Shown: positions 11,961-23,902 of the stretch, piece by piece | How the letters are laid out: every line of letters begins with the position of its first letter | Position numbering within the stretch: the stretch's first letter is position 1 | DNA from: Heterodontus francisci | Lineage: Eukaryota | Reading direction: 5' to 3' | Length of the DNA: 64,000 bases | Assembly: GCF_036365525.1 (NCBI RefSeq) | Contig: NC_090404.1 | Span: forward strand, 4,154,001 to 4,218,000 | Position numbers and translations under genes: made by a program | The notes under the pieces: model-generated | Database searches by the model: none | What the model saw: only the letters and a program-made list of their open reading frames with translations | What the model was told of the DNA's origin: nothing

Positions 11961-12659
11961 CCATAATAATGAAGAACTTTTACAATAAATAGTTGAAGTC
12001 TACTTTAAAATATGGACTGAATCATTTAGTACACAGATGTCAGAGGGGAATTTTTACACAGCCTAGTTTCTGGAATTAAAGTTTTTAATGACTCGGCAAT
12101 GACTCTAAGCTATCACTTTCCTTTTAAGTACTTGAAGATTGTGACTTCTGTTCTATATTATTCGACTGAATGGATTCTCTGGAGTTTGCTTCTCCCTCCA
12201 ACTCAAATAATAAACCGAATTAAATCCGATCCCTAAAAATCGGTCATTTGGACTGATGCGCTTTAAAGTTAATTTTCCAAAGTATCTTCCCACCCCTCAC
12301 CAGTGAGAACTGGTGTTGCTGACTGTGTCGTGACAGACACTTCTTCTTGCTGCTTGCACCGACCATAATGTGAACACCAGGACAGGTTTCTTCTACAAAT
12401 ATCTGATATTGTCATTACTTACACATTATAAATCGAGTGAATATCAGTCGGTTCCATGGAAGGAAGGACAAAAGTTCCTGAAGTGTTATTGCTGACATGG
12501 TCAACTCTCACTTCTGATTTGTGTGGACAATTCAAACACCTGAGGCCTATCGGTCAGATATTGGAAGCTCGCTCACCAATATGATGCAAAAGAGGTTGCC
12601 GGTTATGGTGGCGCAACAGTTGGACATATGGGCTTTCAAATGGCATTAGATAACATGTC

Positions 12660-13735
12660 ACGTAAGAGAACATTCGGAAAATGGAAGCACGTGGATTAAA
12701 GGGGTCTCAGTAGCCTGTTCAGGTACAGGAAACAGAGAGTGACGGTGAACCAATGATTTTCTGACTGGAGAGAATTAAGCATTGCGATCCCCCTTGGGTC
12801 GGTCATAGGGTCATTATTATTTTTGTTAAATATAATGACGTGGTATTGGGTATGGGGCGTAGAATTTCGAAGGTCAAAGATGATACTAAACAAATTGTGA
12901 GCAGGATAGTATCAGAGTTCAGAAGGACATGGGCAGGTGAAATGTTCAGAGACAGAGCAAATGCAATTTAATGCGGTTAAATGTGAAGTGCTGGACCTTT
13001 TGAGGAACAATACGGAAAATTAATGCAATCTAAATGGTCCTATATTGAAGGGGTAGAAATGCAGAGGGACCTGAGTTGCATTTTCACAATGTTTTTTTTC
13101 AAGGTGGTTAAGAAAGCGAATGGAATACTTGGTCTTGTAAAATGGAGTACGAATTACAAAAAACCAGGAAGTCATATTAAAGTATTACAAATCACTAATT
13201 AGGCTGGAGTATTTTTGCACAATTCTGGCCATCACACTTTCGAAAGGATGTCAAGGCTTTGGGGGGAGTGTGGAGGGAGTTTACCAGAATGATGCCATGA
13301 ATGAGGGAGTACAGTTGTATGGAGTTATTATACGAGCCGAATTGTTCTCGTTAGGCGCTTTCCGATTAGTTATGTTCAAAATTATGGGATGTTTTGATAC
13401 AGCAGATAAGGAAAAGCTTTTTCCTCTGAAAAGGGGGTCTGTAACAAAATAATTAATTGTCAAAAAAGAGCGTGGGCGGGTGGTGGCTGCGGAAAAAGGT
13501 TTCTTTCCTGACAGAGGGTGCTTTTCACAGAAGCACAGAACGATTACACCACAAAAGGAGGCCATTCAGCCCGTCGTGTCTGTGCAGGTTCTCTGCAGGT
13601 GCAACCGGCATATCCTCGAAGGACATTAATTTGCGTAGTTATGAGGGGAAAACTGGCTTGAAAGATTAAATTGGAGAGCGCTTTGAGAGCTAACACAGGC
13701 ATGACGGGCTGAATGGCCACATTCTCTGCGAGAAC
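12660..13735 (+). mobile_element. Old CR1 RT/3' fragment in the J-C intron
   Basis: Decayed similarity to the CR1 RT and 3' UTR elsewhere in the window. Confidence 0.7.
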
Positions 13736-14399
13736 TTTCTGTCATTCTCCCCGACTCAGTAGTATTTGTTATCCCCAATTTAATGGGACGAAAAGCTTCA
13801 TAAATTTGAACATCTCTGTGACATATATTTTGTTGCTTTTTATAATGAAAGAGGGTTTTTAAAATAAGAGGTTCTGAGCGATTTTATTCAAATGAGTCAA
13901 TCAGATACTGTCAGAGACTTAAAGCATATTGTGATTGACATTGATTGCAGGCTAATGATATCACTTCAAAAATTTCACAAGAGCTTACTTCAGTGGCTGT
14001 GTGCCCTCTGCTGTGACACAATCCAATGATTGCATCTCCCCAGAGTTTACCACTGACTGTGACCTTTTGAAAATACTTGAACTAAATAATGATTTCAAAC
14101 ATGAGAATATCATGATGGTTATTCGGAGCGGGAGTCTCCACTATCTCCATTTAAAGCGCCAAAATAACTTCCAGTCTCCCATCAGTTGAGAACAGGCGTT
14201 GGTCTCTGGAGCGTTACAATCACTTCCTGAAACTGTTTGTTCTGAAAGTGCACTCAAAATCAGGCCAATCTCATTCAATAATTATCTATATGTTTAAATA
14301 TTATTAATTCATTAAAATTTGGCCAAGAATTATTATTAAAATCAATTCATGTGCGTTGTTTCATCTGGACAATTTAATAATTCATATTCATATATCTGG

Positions 14400-15215
14400 G
14401 TCGAGGACTCACAGCTTATGAGTTAGATGCAGATTGAGATTCCTTGAACACTGTGGGGAAAATATTCTCAGATCAGGTACAGAACAGTTAAGCTGCAAAG
14501 TAAAGATCCCTCTATACGGCCCTATCATGAGTTGTAATCTCAGACGTCGCAAGTGTTATATTCCGTAGAAAGCCGCCTCGACACCACACTGTCACTCTGG
14601 GTCAGGTACAGCATCAGTTTAATATAAAACAAAAATTCCCTCAACGCTGTCCCATCAAATATATCCAGGACAGGTTCAATCCGGTTTAGATTAGGGGCGG
14701 CACAGTGGCGCAGTGGTTAGCACCGCAGCCTCACAGCTCCAGGGACCCGGGTTCGATTCCGGGTACTGCCTGTGTGGAGTTTGCAAGTTCTCCCTGTGTC
14801 TGCGTGGGTTTTCTCCGGGTGCTCCGGTTTCCTCCCACAAGCCAAAAGACTTGCAGGTTGATAGGTAAATTGGCCATTATAAATTGTCACTAGTGTAGGT
14901 AGGTGGTAGGGAAATATAGGGACAGGTGGGGATGTTTGGTAGGAATGTAGGATTAGTATAAATGGGTGGTTGATGTTCGGCACAGACTCGGTGGGCCGAA
15001 GGGCCTGTTTCAGTGCTGTATCTCTAATCTAATCTAAATCTAATCTAATCTAGATACTGAGTAATTCCTCCCTCTACGCTGTCCCCATCAAGTAGTCCCA
15101 GAACAGTTACAATATAGATTAAATATACAGTAAAACTTCCTCTACATTGCCGAATCAATCACTCCCAAGGGAGGCACATTACTGATTACAAACTGACCAA
15201 ATCTCCTTCTACAGT
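14400..15215 (-). repeat. ~66-bp repeat array, split by a SINE
   Basis: Recurrent agtaaagctccctctacgctgtcccatcaa-like units on both sides of the SINE. Confidence 0.65.
14693..15050 (+). mobile_element. tRNA-derived SINE (HE1/V-SINE-like), young copy
   Basis: A box TGGCGCAGTGG, B box GGTTCGATTCC, CR1-like 3' end ggccgaagggcctgtt, (ctaat)n tail, apparent tagat TSD. Confidence 0.9.
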
Positions 15216-17721
15216 CCGTCTGTTGTGTCTCTGAACTGTTATTTCTGACTGCCACAGACTGGAATTATGATCTCATTGCTGAGGCGCCTCATCAAACTTA
15301 AAGTCAAACTTTTAGGTTTCTCGGGGGTACAAGTTTCTTAATTAAATGGATCAAGTTGCACTCCTTGAAATGAAACGAACCAGTCTGTTTGCAACCTGCA
15401 GGGAGGATTCCTCGTCCTGACACAGTGAGCAGGTACACAGAAACAGAACAGACACAAACGGTGCAACAATCGGGCTCTCAGCAGATAGATCTGTTCAATT
15501 GTCAATTTCAATGAAGCTGTTTTATTCTAGTTCATCAATTATCAAATTGTGACCACTCCAAATCTGTATACTCTTTTGAAATTAAACTGATATTCATTTC
15601 AAAAACTCCCTTCGACCTCCAACTGTTTCTCCCTGTCTGTTTACAATCTTAAAAGCATGTAAGAAAGTTTTGCTTTAAATGAGTACATTAGAAGAATACA
15701 CATTCAGGAAAATTAGATGTCCATAACCAGAACTCAGTGACAGAGTAAGAATTTAGAAAATCAGGAGATATTTATCTTGCAAACTGATTACCCACTGGTT
15801 TGATACAATTGCAGAATTCAATTTTACAAAAAAAAATAGTTGAACCACTGCTCAAAGTTAATTCATTAAAATCTGCGGTGACACTTGATTGAGCTGAGAA
15901 CAGCTGAGTAAGAAATGTATTCTCTAAGTTATTGCTAGACATAATGAAAAAGTTACTCCGATTCTTGAGATTTTGCACTCATTGGAATCCTGGCAAGTAT
16001 ACTATTGAATTGTGGGAGGTCATTTATGTTTAGTAAATTAGTACAATTATATTCTAAGCTAATATTCATGTTATCTGATTTTATACTGTATTTACCATTT
16101 ATAAATAAATAAAAATAAATAAATTAGTTAATATTACTTCAAGACCAGTTTCTGCCCGGCACCCTGTGAATTAATGGAGTTTTAATTAAGTCATTATGAC
16201 ACTTTATCAATATTAAATAATCAACGTCATAGTAATAGATGAAAACTTTCAGACAAATATATTACTTTTGCTGAAATCGAATCACAGTGCAATAATTTAA
16301 AATGAACAATAAGTTCGAGTCCCGCCCTGCTTTCTCTCTGCAAACTTGTAAACTGCGCAGGTATCTGAATGCGTTGATATATTATAAGCTCCTACCATTC
16401 TCAGCGAGTATTTCACACAATGGATTTAGCCTGGCCGGGGTCACATGTCACTAACTGGGCTGCAACATGGCCTGTTTGTGAAAGCAGCTCTCCCGTGTTT
16501 AAATATCGTTATAAATCTTAACTATATGAGATAAAATATCAAAAATATCCTGGCACTTTGCGATCAGTAACTGTGCAGCCACAATTTAATCACACGATGT
16601 TTTTAGATTTTACTCCCGTAATTCACACAGTCCCTGTAAATTAATTGCTAAATATATTGTGATTTTTATTGAAAGAAGTTCCAAAATGATCACTGCAAAA
16701 CTGGACGAAAACAACTCTTTCAGATCATCTGTGACATTGAAACCTAATGAGGAAATGTAGCCGAGATTTTGCGGATCAATTTAATATTTATTAAGAATTA
16801 AGCATAACTCTCAGGTATAATCTGTTCTTTGTCTATCATTCCATCCTGCGTGCAGCACAACTATGGGAGACAGGATGTTGTTACTGAATTCAAAACTAAC
16901 ATTAAACTTTTGTAATTAATTGAATCTGCTTGAATTTCCAGGTGTTATTTGTTTGTCTTTAGCCTTACGCAGTCTGCAAGTTTCTTCAATTTAAATAAAA
17001 TCATATGCACAATTCTTTGACTGCCATTGACCTCTTGTCCCAGGAAAATGGTTAATATTAGATTAGTGATAATTATCTCACTATCCAACAACAAATGACA
17101 TTGAAGAAAGAACATGGAAGAACATGAACTCAAAGAATGCAATAACCGGACAGATATATTACACTGACAAACTGCAATTTACAACGCCTATTTAAGTTGT
17201 AAGTAAATACAAGCTGACATTCACCTTTTTTAATCAGGAATATCACAATTAATTTAAAAGCACTCATTAACCTGAAAACAGCACTGGAATAAGTACACTC
17301 TTATTGAAATAATTTCAAGCACAATTAAAAATAGTCTCCAGTCATAAAGTTTTCCGGTCACGACAATTGTGCGCTTGGCACGCCAGAACTGTAAAAGATG
17401 ATTCTTGAATAATGAATCGATCTCAACATGAAAGCATATTTGGTTTATATGAGGACATATTGCCGCATTTTAATTGTTTGAACTGTATTAATTTTACTCT
17501 CCAATCTGCAAAGCTGCTACTTATTCAGTTTGTAATTACAGTAACATTTCACGTATTGAAGGATCGTTACAAACCATGGCTTAACAGTTCAATCTGCAAT
17601 TATCATTTAAATTTTTTTAAATGCCTTGAAATATCCTTTTTTTTAATTTCTGATATCTGCCTGTTATCCGGCTTTCGAATCATCTCTGAAGCAGTTTCAA
17701 ACAAACAGAATGCATCCATTT

Positions 17722-18592
17722 GATCAGAAAACCTGCAGCCGCTCGATGTCACCCGGGTTCAACAAAGCAGAAACGCCAAATAGTTTTACAAATTTTACTT
17801 TGTAACACAGAGACACACTCTCCTCAGCAGATAAGCTCCAACTCACATCACTGAGGGGCTGAATCCCGCCTCAGTACGTTTCAAGGCGAAGCAGCTTAAT
17901 TCCACAATCACTTTCAGCAGAATCAAATGTAACATCCCAAAAAAAACATCTCAATACAGAATCCACCGAGCCTGCCTGTCTCTGAATTACCAAATGTATA
18001 AAATAAAGGCAGCAGATTTGTTAGTACAGAGAGCATGTTTAATAAATTAATATTGATTCTGTAGCATATTTCATTGATATTGCCTGATATCACTGCATTA
18101 TTAAAAGTGAGGTTATATTAATGTAAATCTGGCCAAAGCTGCAAATTTGTTATTTCTGTAGTTCTTAATTACATCAAAATTTATTGCATTACATATGAGC
18201 ATTCGTAAGCAGTAGATTGATAGATGGCAATTTAATTACCACAAATAAAAATAGATCAAAATATCAGAAGGCTATTTTTGACCACTGAAGCTTTCTGCAT
18301 AATTTTATTTCAAACATATTTAAAAACTTATTGTTTCTATTAGATCAGAAAACCTGCAGCAATTAGATGTCACCCAGATTAAACATTGCAGAAACGTCAA
18401 ACGGTTTAACAACAGTTTGGTATTTAAAGTAGCCCAAACACTCAGTCCCATCAACAAATAAACACCAAATCACATCAATCTGGAGCTGAATCCTTCAACA
18501 GCACCGTGTGTAAAGAAACCATTAAGTTCTTTAATCCCTTAGCAGCAGAATCACATGAAACATTGCAACAAATTCGCAATATAGAATCCACC
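17722..18592. repeat. Diverged direct duplication in the J-CH1 intron (17722-17967 and 18343-18592)
   Basis: Colinear shared blocks gatcagaaaacctgcagc, gatgtcaccc, gcagaaacg, gctgaatcc, cagcagaatca, agaatccacc. Confidence 0.85.
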
Positions 18593-18692
18593 AAATCCAC
18601 TTTTCAGTGAACGAATGTATCATTGCAAAAAACACAAATATAAAATTAAAAACACAAATAAAACAGTTAATGAATAAATGTATGTTTCTTAC

Positions 18693-18740
18693 CTGCAGTC
18701 ACCGTCACCATGGTCCCTTGTCCCCAGTAGTCCATGGCGT
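18693..18740 (-). CDS. IGHJ: JH segment (AMDYWGQGTMVTVTA)
   Basis: WGxG motif; gtaag donor at 18692-18688. Confidence 0.96.
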
Positions 18741-18779
18741 CACAGTGTTACATTCCCTGGGCTGGGTCACACAATAACC
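18741..18779 (+). promoter_or_regulatory. JH 5' recombination signal (23-RSS)
   Basis: CACAGTG (18741-18747), 23-nt spacer, ACAATAACC (18771-18779). Confidence 0.93.
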
Positions 18780-19105
18780 GGCTCTGCACAGAATAATGAG
18801 AAATCCATTATTATTTTAAATATTCACACTCCAGAGGCAAAATAAAATATTGATGGTTCTTTGTAAAATTATAACTGCGTTAATAATTCTTTTCACTCTT
18901 TATAAATTTCCCTGATGTTTTATATTTCACACAGTAACATATCAGCAATTATTGAAATCACTAACTGATGAATGAATAATTAATCCGTTTATCCATAATA
19001 AACCGTGCTAGGAGGACAGTGCTGGACACAAATAGTACTTCACTGTATATATAGTTGGATTGTTAAAGCGAGCACTGACCCAGACTCATCAATTAGTGCT
19101 GAGGG

Positions 19106-19174
19106 AGTTTTTGTATTGACAGTAACTGCTGTGCCACCCAGTATATCACAGTGAGACAAACCGTGTCAAATACT
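19106..19174 (-). other. D2 segment ATATACTGGGTGG (19134-19146) flanked by two 12-RSS
   Basis: CACAGTG-12-TCAAATACT on + (19147-19174); CACAGCA-12-ACAAAAACT on - (19133-19106). Confidence 0.93.
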
Positions 19175-19485
19175 GCGGCGGACTGTTAACTGTAAAATAC
19201 AGAGATTACATTTCACAGCGCTCTCAAAAACATGATTGCGATCCCCCTAAGAGGACATCAGTGAGAAAGTTCAGTTTATACCAGTCATTATATTTATAAA
19301 GAGATCGGAATATTTCAGAATCATCTGTGCTGATTTAGCGTGACAGTCAACATTAATAAAGCAGGAGACTTCTATACAATGTTACAAATCTATATTGTAT
19401 TTCCCCAATTTTTTATTTAATCCTCATTGTTTACGGACCATCGGCCGTGTTAGTGATCGCTGGTTTGAGCAAACTCCCTGTCTGG

Positions 19486-19566
19486 GGTTTTTGTATGAAG
19501 ATCTCGCTCTGTACAGCACCGTGACCCACTGCTGTACCCACAGTGACACGAACCTGCACAAATACT
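19486..19566 (-). other. D1 segment GGTACAGCAGTGGGT (19524-19538) with 5' 12-RSS and 3' 22-RSS
   Basis: V side: CACAGTG-12-ACAAATACT on + (19539-19566). J side: CACGGTG-22-ACAAAAACC on - (19523-19486). Confidence 0.93.
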
Positions 19567-19948
19567 GCACTCACTCTCTGTTCAGTACTGCCTCCCAATA
19601 TTCACTTCAAATAAAAATTCACTTCTGATCTAATTCAGAATATATCCAAAAGTTTACACCATGCAGTAGGAATTGAACCCAGCTCCAAGTAACTCCCTCC
19701 AGATATCAGTCCCATTAAAACTAGCATCTTATCCAGATCTGCAATTGCTGACACTGTTAACATTAAAAATCAGCACAGCCAAAATTACTCATCAGTTAGT
19801 GTCTGAGATTTGTACCATTGAATTTTCACGGTGCTAGGTCTGTGAGAGACGGTCTATGGCCTGGTTCTGAACAACGCCGTTAATATTGTATTTAATAAAA
19901 TTACTGACCGTCAGTTTATGATGGAAGTTGTTGAATTCCCTCTCCATG

Positions 19949-19987
19949 TGTTATTGTACATGTCCAGCCCTGGTTCCTCTCGTTGTG
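19949..19987 (-). promoter_or_regulatory. VH 3' recombination signal (23-RSS)
   Basis: Heptamer CACAACG (19987-19981), 23-nt spacer, nonamer ACAATAACA (19957-19949). Confidence 0.9.
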
Positions 19988-20292
19988 ATCTCTTGCACAG
20001 TAATAAATGGCGGTGTCTTCAGTCTTCAGTTTCTTCATGTCCAAAGCGAAGATGTTTTTTGAAGTGTCTTTGGACGCAGTAAATCGATCTTTAATCTCCG
20101 GGGCGTAGTTGTTGCCGGATGAACTGTAGTAGTAAACTATCCACTCCAGCCCCTGCCCGGGAACCTGTCGGACCCAGTACATGCGGTAGCTGCCAAGATT
20201 GAACCCGCTGGTTTTACAGGTCAGTCTCAGGGAGCCTCCGGGTTTCCCGGTCTCTGCCTCTGGCTGAGTCAACACGACATCCGAATGGACAC
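19988..20292 (-). CDS. IGHV: Germline VH segment ([22 protein letters not shown]...[12 protein letters not shown]...[10 protein letters not shown])
   Basis: tttacag acceptor, open frame, canonical Cys/Trp/YYC Ig V motifs, followed directly by an RSS. Confidence 0.97.
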
Positions 20293-20420
20293 CTGTAAAA
20301 AAATATCAAAAACCCCGAGGATTAATCCTGGTGAAATGATTCCTGACTCTGTAACATTCCAGAGAGAGACTAACACTGAGACGGTAACAGTGAGAGACTC
20401 GGACAGTAAAAACTACTCAC

Positions 20421-20466
20421 GGGATAAGAAAACCAGTAACAGACTGAGAGAAATCGCCGACCTCAT
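20421..20466 (-). CDS. IGHV: IgM heavy chain leader exon (MRSAISLSLLLVFLS + phase-1 base)
   Basis: ATG at 20466-20464, hydrophobic signal peptide, gtgagt donor at 20420-20415; splices in frame to the V exon (CGT GTC CAT TCG GAT = RVHS/D). Confidence 0.95.
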
Positions 20467-20556
20467 CTTTCTGGCAATTTGGGGGCAATGGTTCTGGTAA
20501 GAACTCACTGAGCAAACCGACTCCCACACTGTTGTATTGCGGTCCCAGTGACCGGC

Positions 20557-20565
20557 ATTTAAATA
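20557..20565 (-). promoter_or_regulatory. TATA-like box of the VH promoter
   Basis: TATTTAAAT about 90 nt upstream of the leader ATG, in a GC-rich context; no octamer nearby. Confidence 0.6.
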
Positions 20566-22226
20566 CCCGGCAGAAGGGGGCGAGGTTACAGGCGCCGCCT
20601 ATTGCTTCCCTGATAGAGGTGGTTACTGGATCCACGTCCCATCTTCCACATCATCAACAGAATGGACTCATATCATTACACTGAGTTATTATTAAATGTG
20701 AACTTTTTATCTGTATCCAGGGATAGTTAGTTGGCTGTGTGGTTTCAATGCAATGTGTTACTTGGTACTAAATGGAACTGTTGCAGTGAAGAATGCGTCA
20801 GTAATAAACAATTGCATTGTGGACTGTGAATTAAATCCCTTTATTTCCTCAACTCATCACAGGGGATGTGAATCACTAAGATTAAATTACGTTACCAAGG
20901 TCTAAAGTTACTGATAGTATGTATCAATTCATCTTCCTTCGATCCGTACCAGTGAAGTATCCCCGATAATTTGAATTGTTATCAATTTATGCAATTAAAT
21001 GCGGGACATAAGTAAAGTGATTTTATTTTCAATTTGAATGGCTGTAGTTATACGATTTAGGATCAGAATGAATAGAAACGCCTCGTATTATACAAGTCTT
21101 TCTCTCTGTCTGCATTTCTCGAGCTGCTCCTGACGCCAGTCCTTTTAAAATTACCGAATACAGAAGTCCGCATGCCTTGACATGTAAAATTCATATCAGC
21201 TTTTGAAAAAGAGAATCTAGTGAATCAGAATCAATACGGTAATCAGGAAATCTATCCCTGATACCCAGATCATTGCAGCTAACATTACTAACGACAGACT
21301 GTTTAACACGCACTGGTATCAGGAACACAGTATATCAGGACTTAAAGCTATGCTACAAAATATCACAAAAAGAAACGCTTTATTTGTTGTGGAAACGGAT
21401 CACAAAGTGGGCATTTCTCTAACCACTGATATCTCCACTGAGAGGGATGGATATGCAATCCAAATTATCAGATATTAAACTGTCCGCAGCTGATATCAGC
21501 AATGAAAGAGTCTTTATAGTTTGAATGTGATACACAGCTCTGTGAGAAAATTCAAGGAAATGCAGCGGCTTCAGAGCAATTCCACCTTTTTCTTTATTTA
21601 ATATACGATTCCCAATTTTCTATTTCCGATGTGGGTGTGGGGGGTCATTAAAATCTCTCTCTAGAACTTCATGCAGTAGAAATAAATGGTTTTAACGATT
21701 CAGAATAATATTTAATTGTCACGTGTCAATTTATTATTTTGCGCTCCCAGTTTATAATGATATGAGCAGTGAGTTTACCGAAAATCATTCTTTAGACTTG
21801 ATACTGTGAAATGATTTATTTTTTTGTAAGAGCGCTGCTGAATAGTTAATATTTAAATGGTTAAATGCCATCTTTGTCCATTCATATTCACACTAATCTG
21901 CCCCACACAGTATTTGGCACCAACCCAGCCGACTGCCATCAGGGAGACTCAAACAGCAATGTCATTTACAGGAAGCATCTGGGGTTCTGTGCAGTAAATC
22001 AAAGATCTGTTTCCTCGTTACTGACCGCTTGGCTACAAACCAACTTCAAACCCTTACCATTGTCAATGAGGCCTATTGGGAAACAAATCTGCCCAGCAAC
22101 AATACTGGAGTTAATTTTATTTTTTTCAGTTGCTTACCGAGGTGAACTGTTCCCATCTCTCAGTAAAGGAAACATATCCACTGTCTCAGACACCCTTTTA
22201 GGACCAACAGTCTGAGGAACTGTGCA

Positions 22227-22570
22227 NNNNNNNNNNNNNNNNNNNNNNNNNNNNNNNNNNNNNNNNNNNNNNNNNNNNNNNNNNNNNNNNNNNNNNNNNN
22301 NNNNNNNNNNNNNNNNNNNNNNNNNNNNNNNNNNNNNNNNNNNNNNNNNNNNNNNNNNNNNNNNNNNNNNNNNNNNNNNNNNNNNNNNNNNNNNNNNNNN
22401 NNNNNNNNNNNNNNNNNNNNNNNNNNNNNNNNNNNNNNNNNNNNNNNNNNNNNNNNNNNNNNNNNNNNNNNNNNNNNNNNNNNNNNNNNNNNNNNNNNNN
22501 NNNNNNNNNNNNNNNNNNNNNNNNNNNNNNNNNNNNNNNNNNNNNNNNNNNNNNNNNNNNNNNNNNNNNN
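22227..22570. other. Assembly gap (344 N)
   Basis: Run of N. Confidence 1.
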
Positions 22571-22665
22571 AGAAAATACATTCTGTAATTGATAAATATG
22601 CTTGTTTGCGTGGATGGAGGCATAGCTGCAACGATGCAGGGATGACTAGATAGTTGGATGGCTGA

Positions 22666-23200
22666 ATAAAAGCAAAATACTGCTGATGCTGAAAATCTGA
22701 GATCAAAGTGGAAAGTGTTGGACATACTCAGCAGGTCTGGCAGCAACTGTGGAGAAAGAAACAGAGTTAACGTTTAACGTCTATGCACCAGGCGACACAG
22801 TGGCACAGTGGTTAGCAATGCAGCCTCACAATTCCAGTGATCTGGATTCGGGTACTGCCTGTGTGGAGTTCTCCTTGTGACCTCGTGGGCTTCTGCCGGG
22901 TACTCTGGTTCCTTCCCACAGCCAAAGACTTGCAGGTCGATGGGTAAATTGGCTATTGTGAATTACTCCTAGTGTGGGTATGTGGTAGGGATTATGGGAT
23001 TAACGTAGGATTAGTATCAATGGGTGGTTGTTGGTTGGCACAGACTCGGTGAGCCGAAGTGTCGGTTTCAGTGCTGTTTGCTTCTTCATAAACTTTCATC
23101 AGAACTAGCAAAGGTTAGACATGTAATAGGCTGTGTGATAGTGGTGGGGTTGGTGAGGAATAGAACAAAATGGAAGGTTTGGCACAGAGCAGAAGAGATC
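22666..23200 (-). mobile_element. Penelope-type short repeat interrupted by a SINE
   Basis: Left part ends gttaacgttt...ctatg; right part resumes ctttcatcagaact at 23093. Confidence 0.7.
22791..23080 (+). mobile_element. HE1/V-SINE-like SINE
   Basis: Colinear with 14693-15050. Confidence 0.85.
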
Positions 23201-23902
23201 TCCTGAATGTCTAAACGTTTTGTTTCACGTACTGATGAACAGATTGATGGATGCGTGGAATGAACAGATGGACAGATAGATAGATGGGCCTGAAAGATGC
23301 TGTTCTACAACCACATCTTTGTGATTGACTAATCCTAACGCGAAGCTGCCTCTTTATTTCAGTTGCATTACTTTGACGCCTTCCAGTTCTTCCTGATTTT
23401 CTGGATCATTTCAATCCCTCGGATATCCAGAAGTAATGAGATCAATTCACAATAATCCTGGTGATATCCCTGCGGTATCTCTACTAATGGGGCACACTTA
23501 TCACAAAGATATAAAGGGAGAATATGACTGGGTTATGAAGGGACGATTGTAATATTTCTGAACATGTGGTCCTTTCATGTACATCAACGCACTCAACTCG
23601 AATTACTTCAAACACATCAGCAATATAGTAAATCATTGGATACATTTTCCACTTCTAAAGAACACAGATAAAAGGAGAATAAACTGTAACTTTCTTTACC
23701 GCCATATATTCATTGTAAGTCATTGGCCACAGTGAAAAATATCCTGTGGGTATAGCACACTGTGGTCCCGAATTCAAACGTCCTTAACTCCTTCAGCCAC
23801 ATTCCCCAGAGCCTCTCCATTTAGTCCATTCATGCACTATTGTTCACGAGTTCAGTACATCAGTGAGATTTACTGAGGCTGATGGTTTCGGGTCACTGTG
23901 AT

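Noticed and set aside
17731-18375. acctgcag...gtcacc in the intron duplication looking like pseudo-J ends
   Set aside because: No WGxG codons and no RSS at the expected position
19001-19036. Possible vestigial third D (aaccgtg-ctaggag-gacagtg-ctggac-acaaatagt)
   Set aside because: One heptamer lacks CAC, the spacer is 6 nt, and there is no nonamer on the other side
19996-20002. Cryptic heptamer in FR3 (TACTGTG)
   Set aside because: A by-product of the YC codons in almost all VH genes; no nonamer and no upstream V to replace it
22134-22746. ORFs spanning the N run
   Set aside because: Artefacts of the assembly gap
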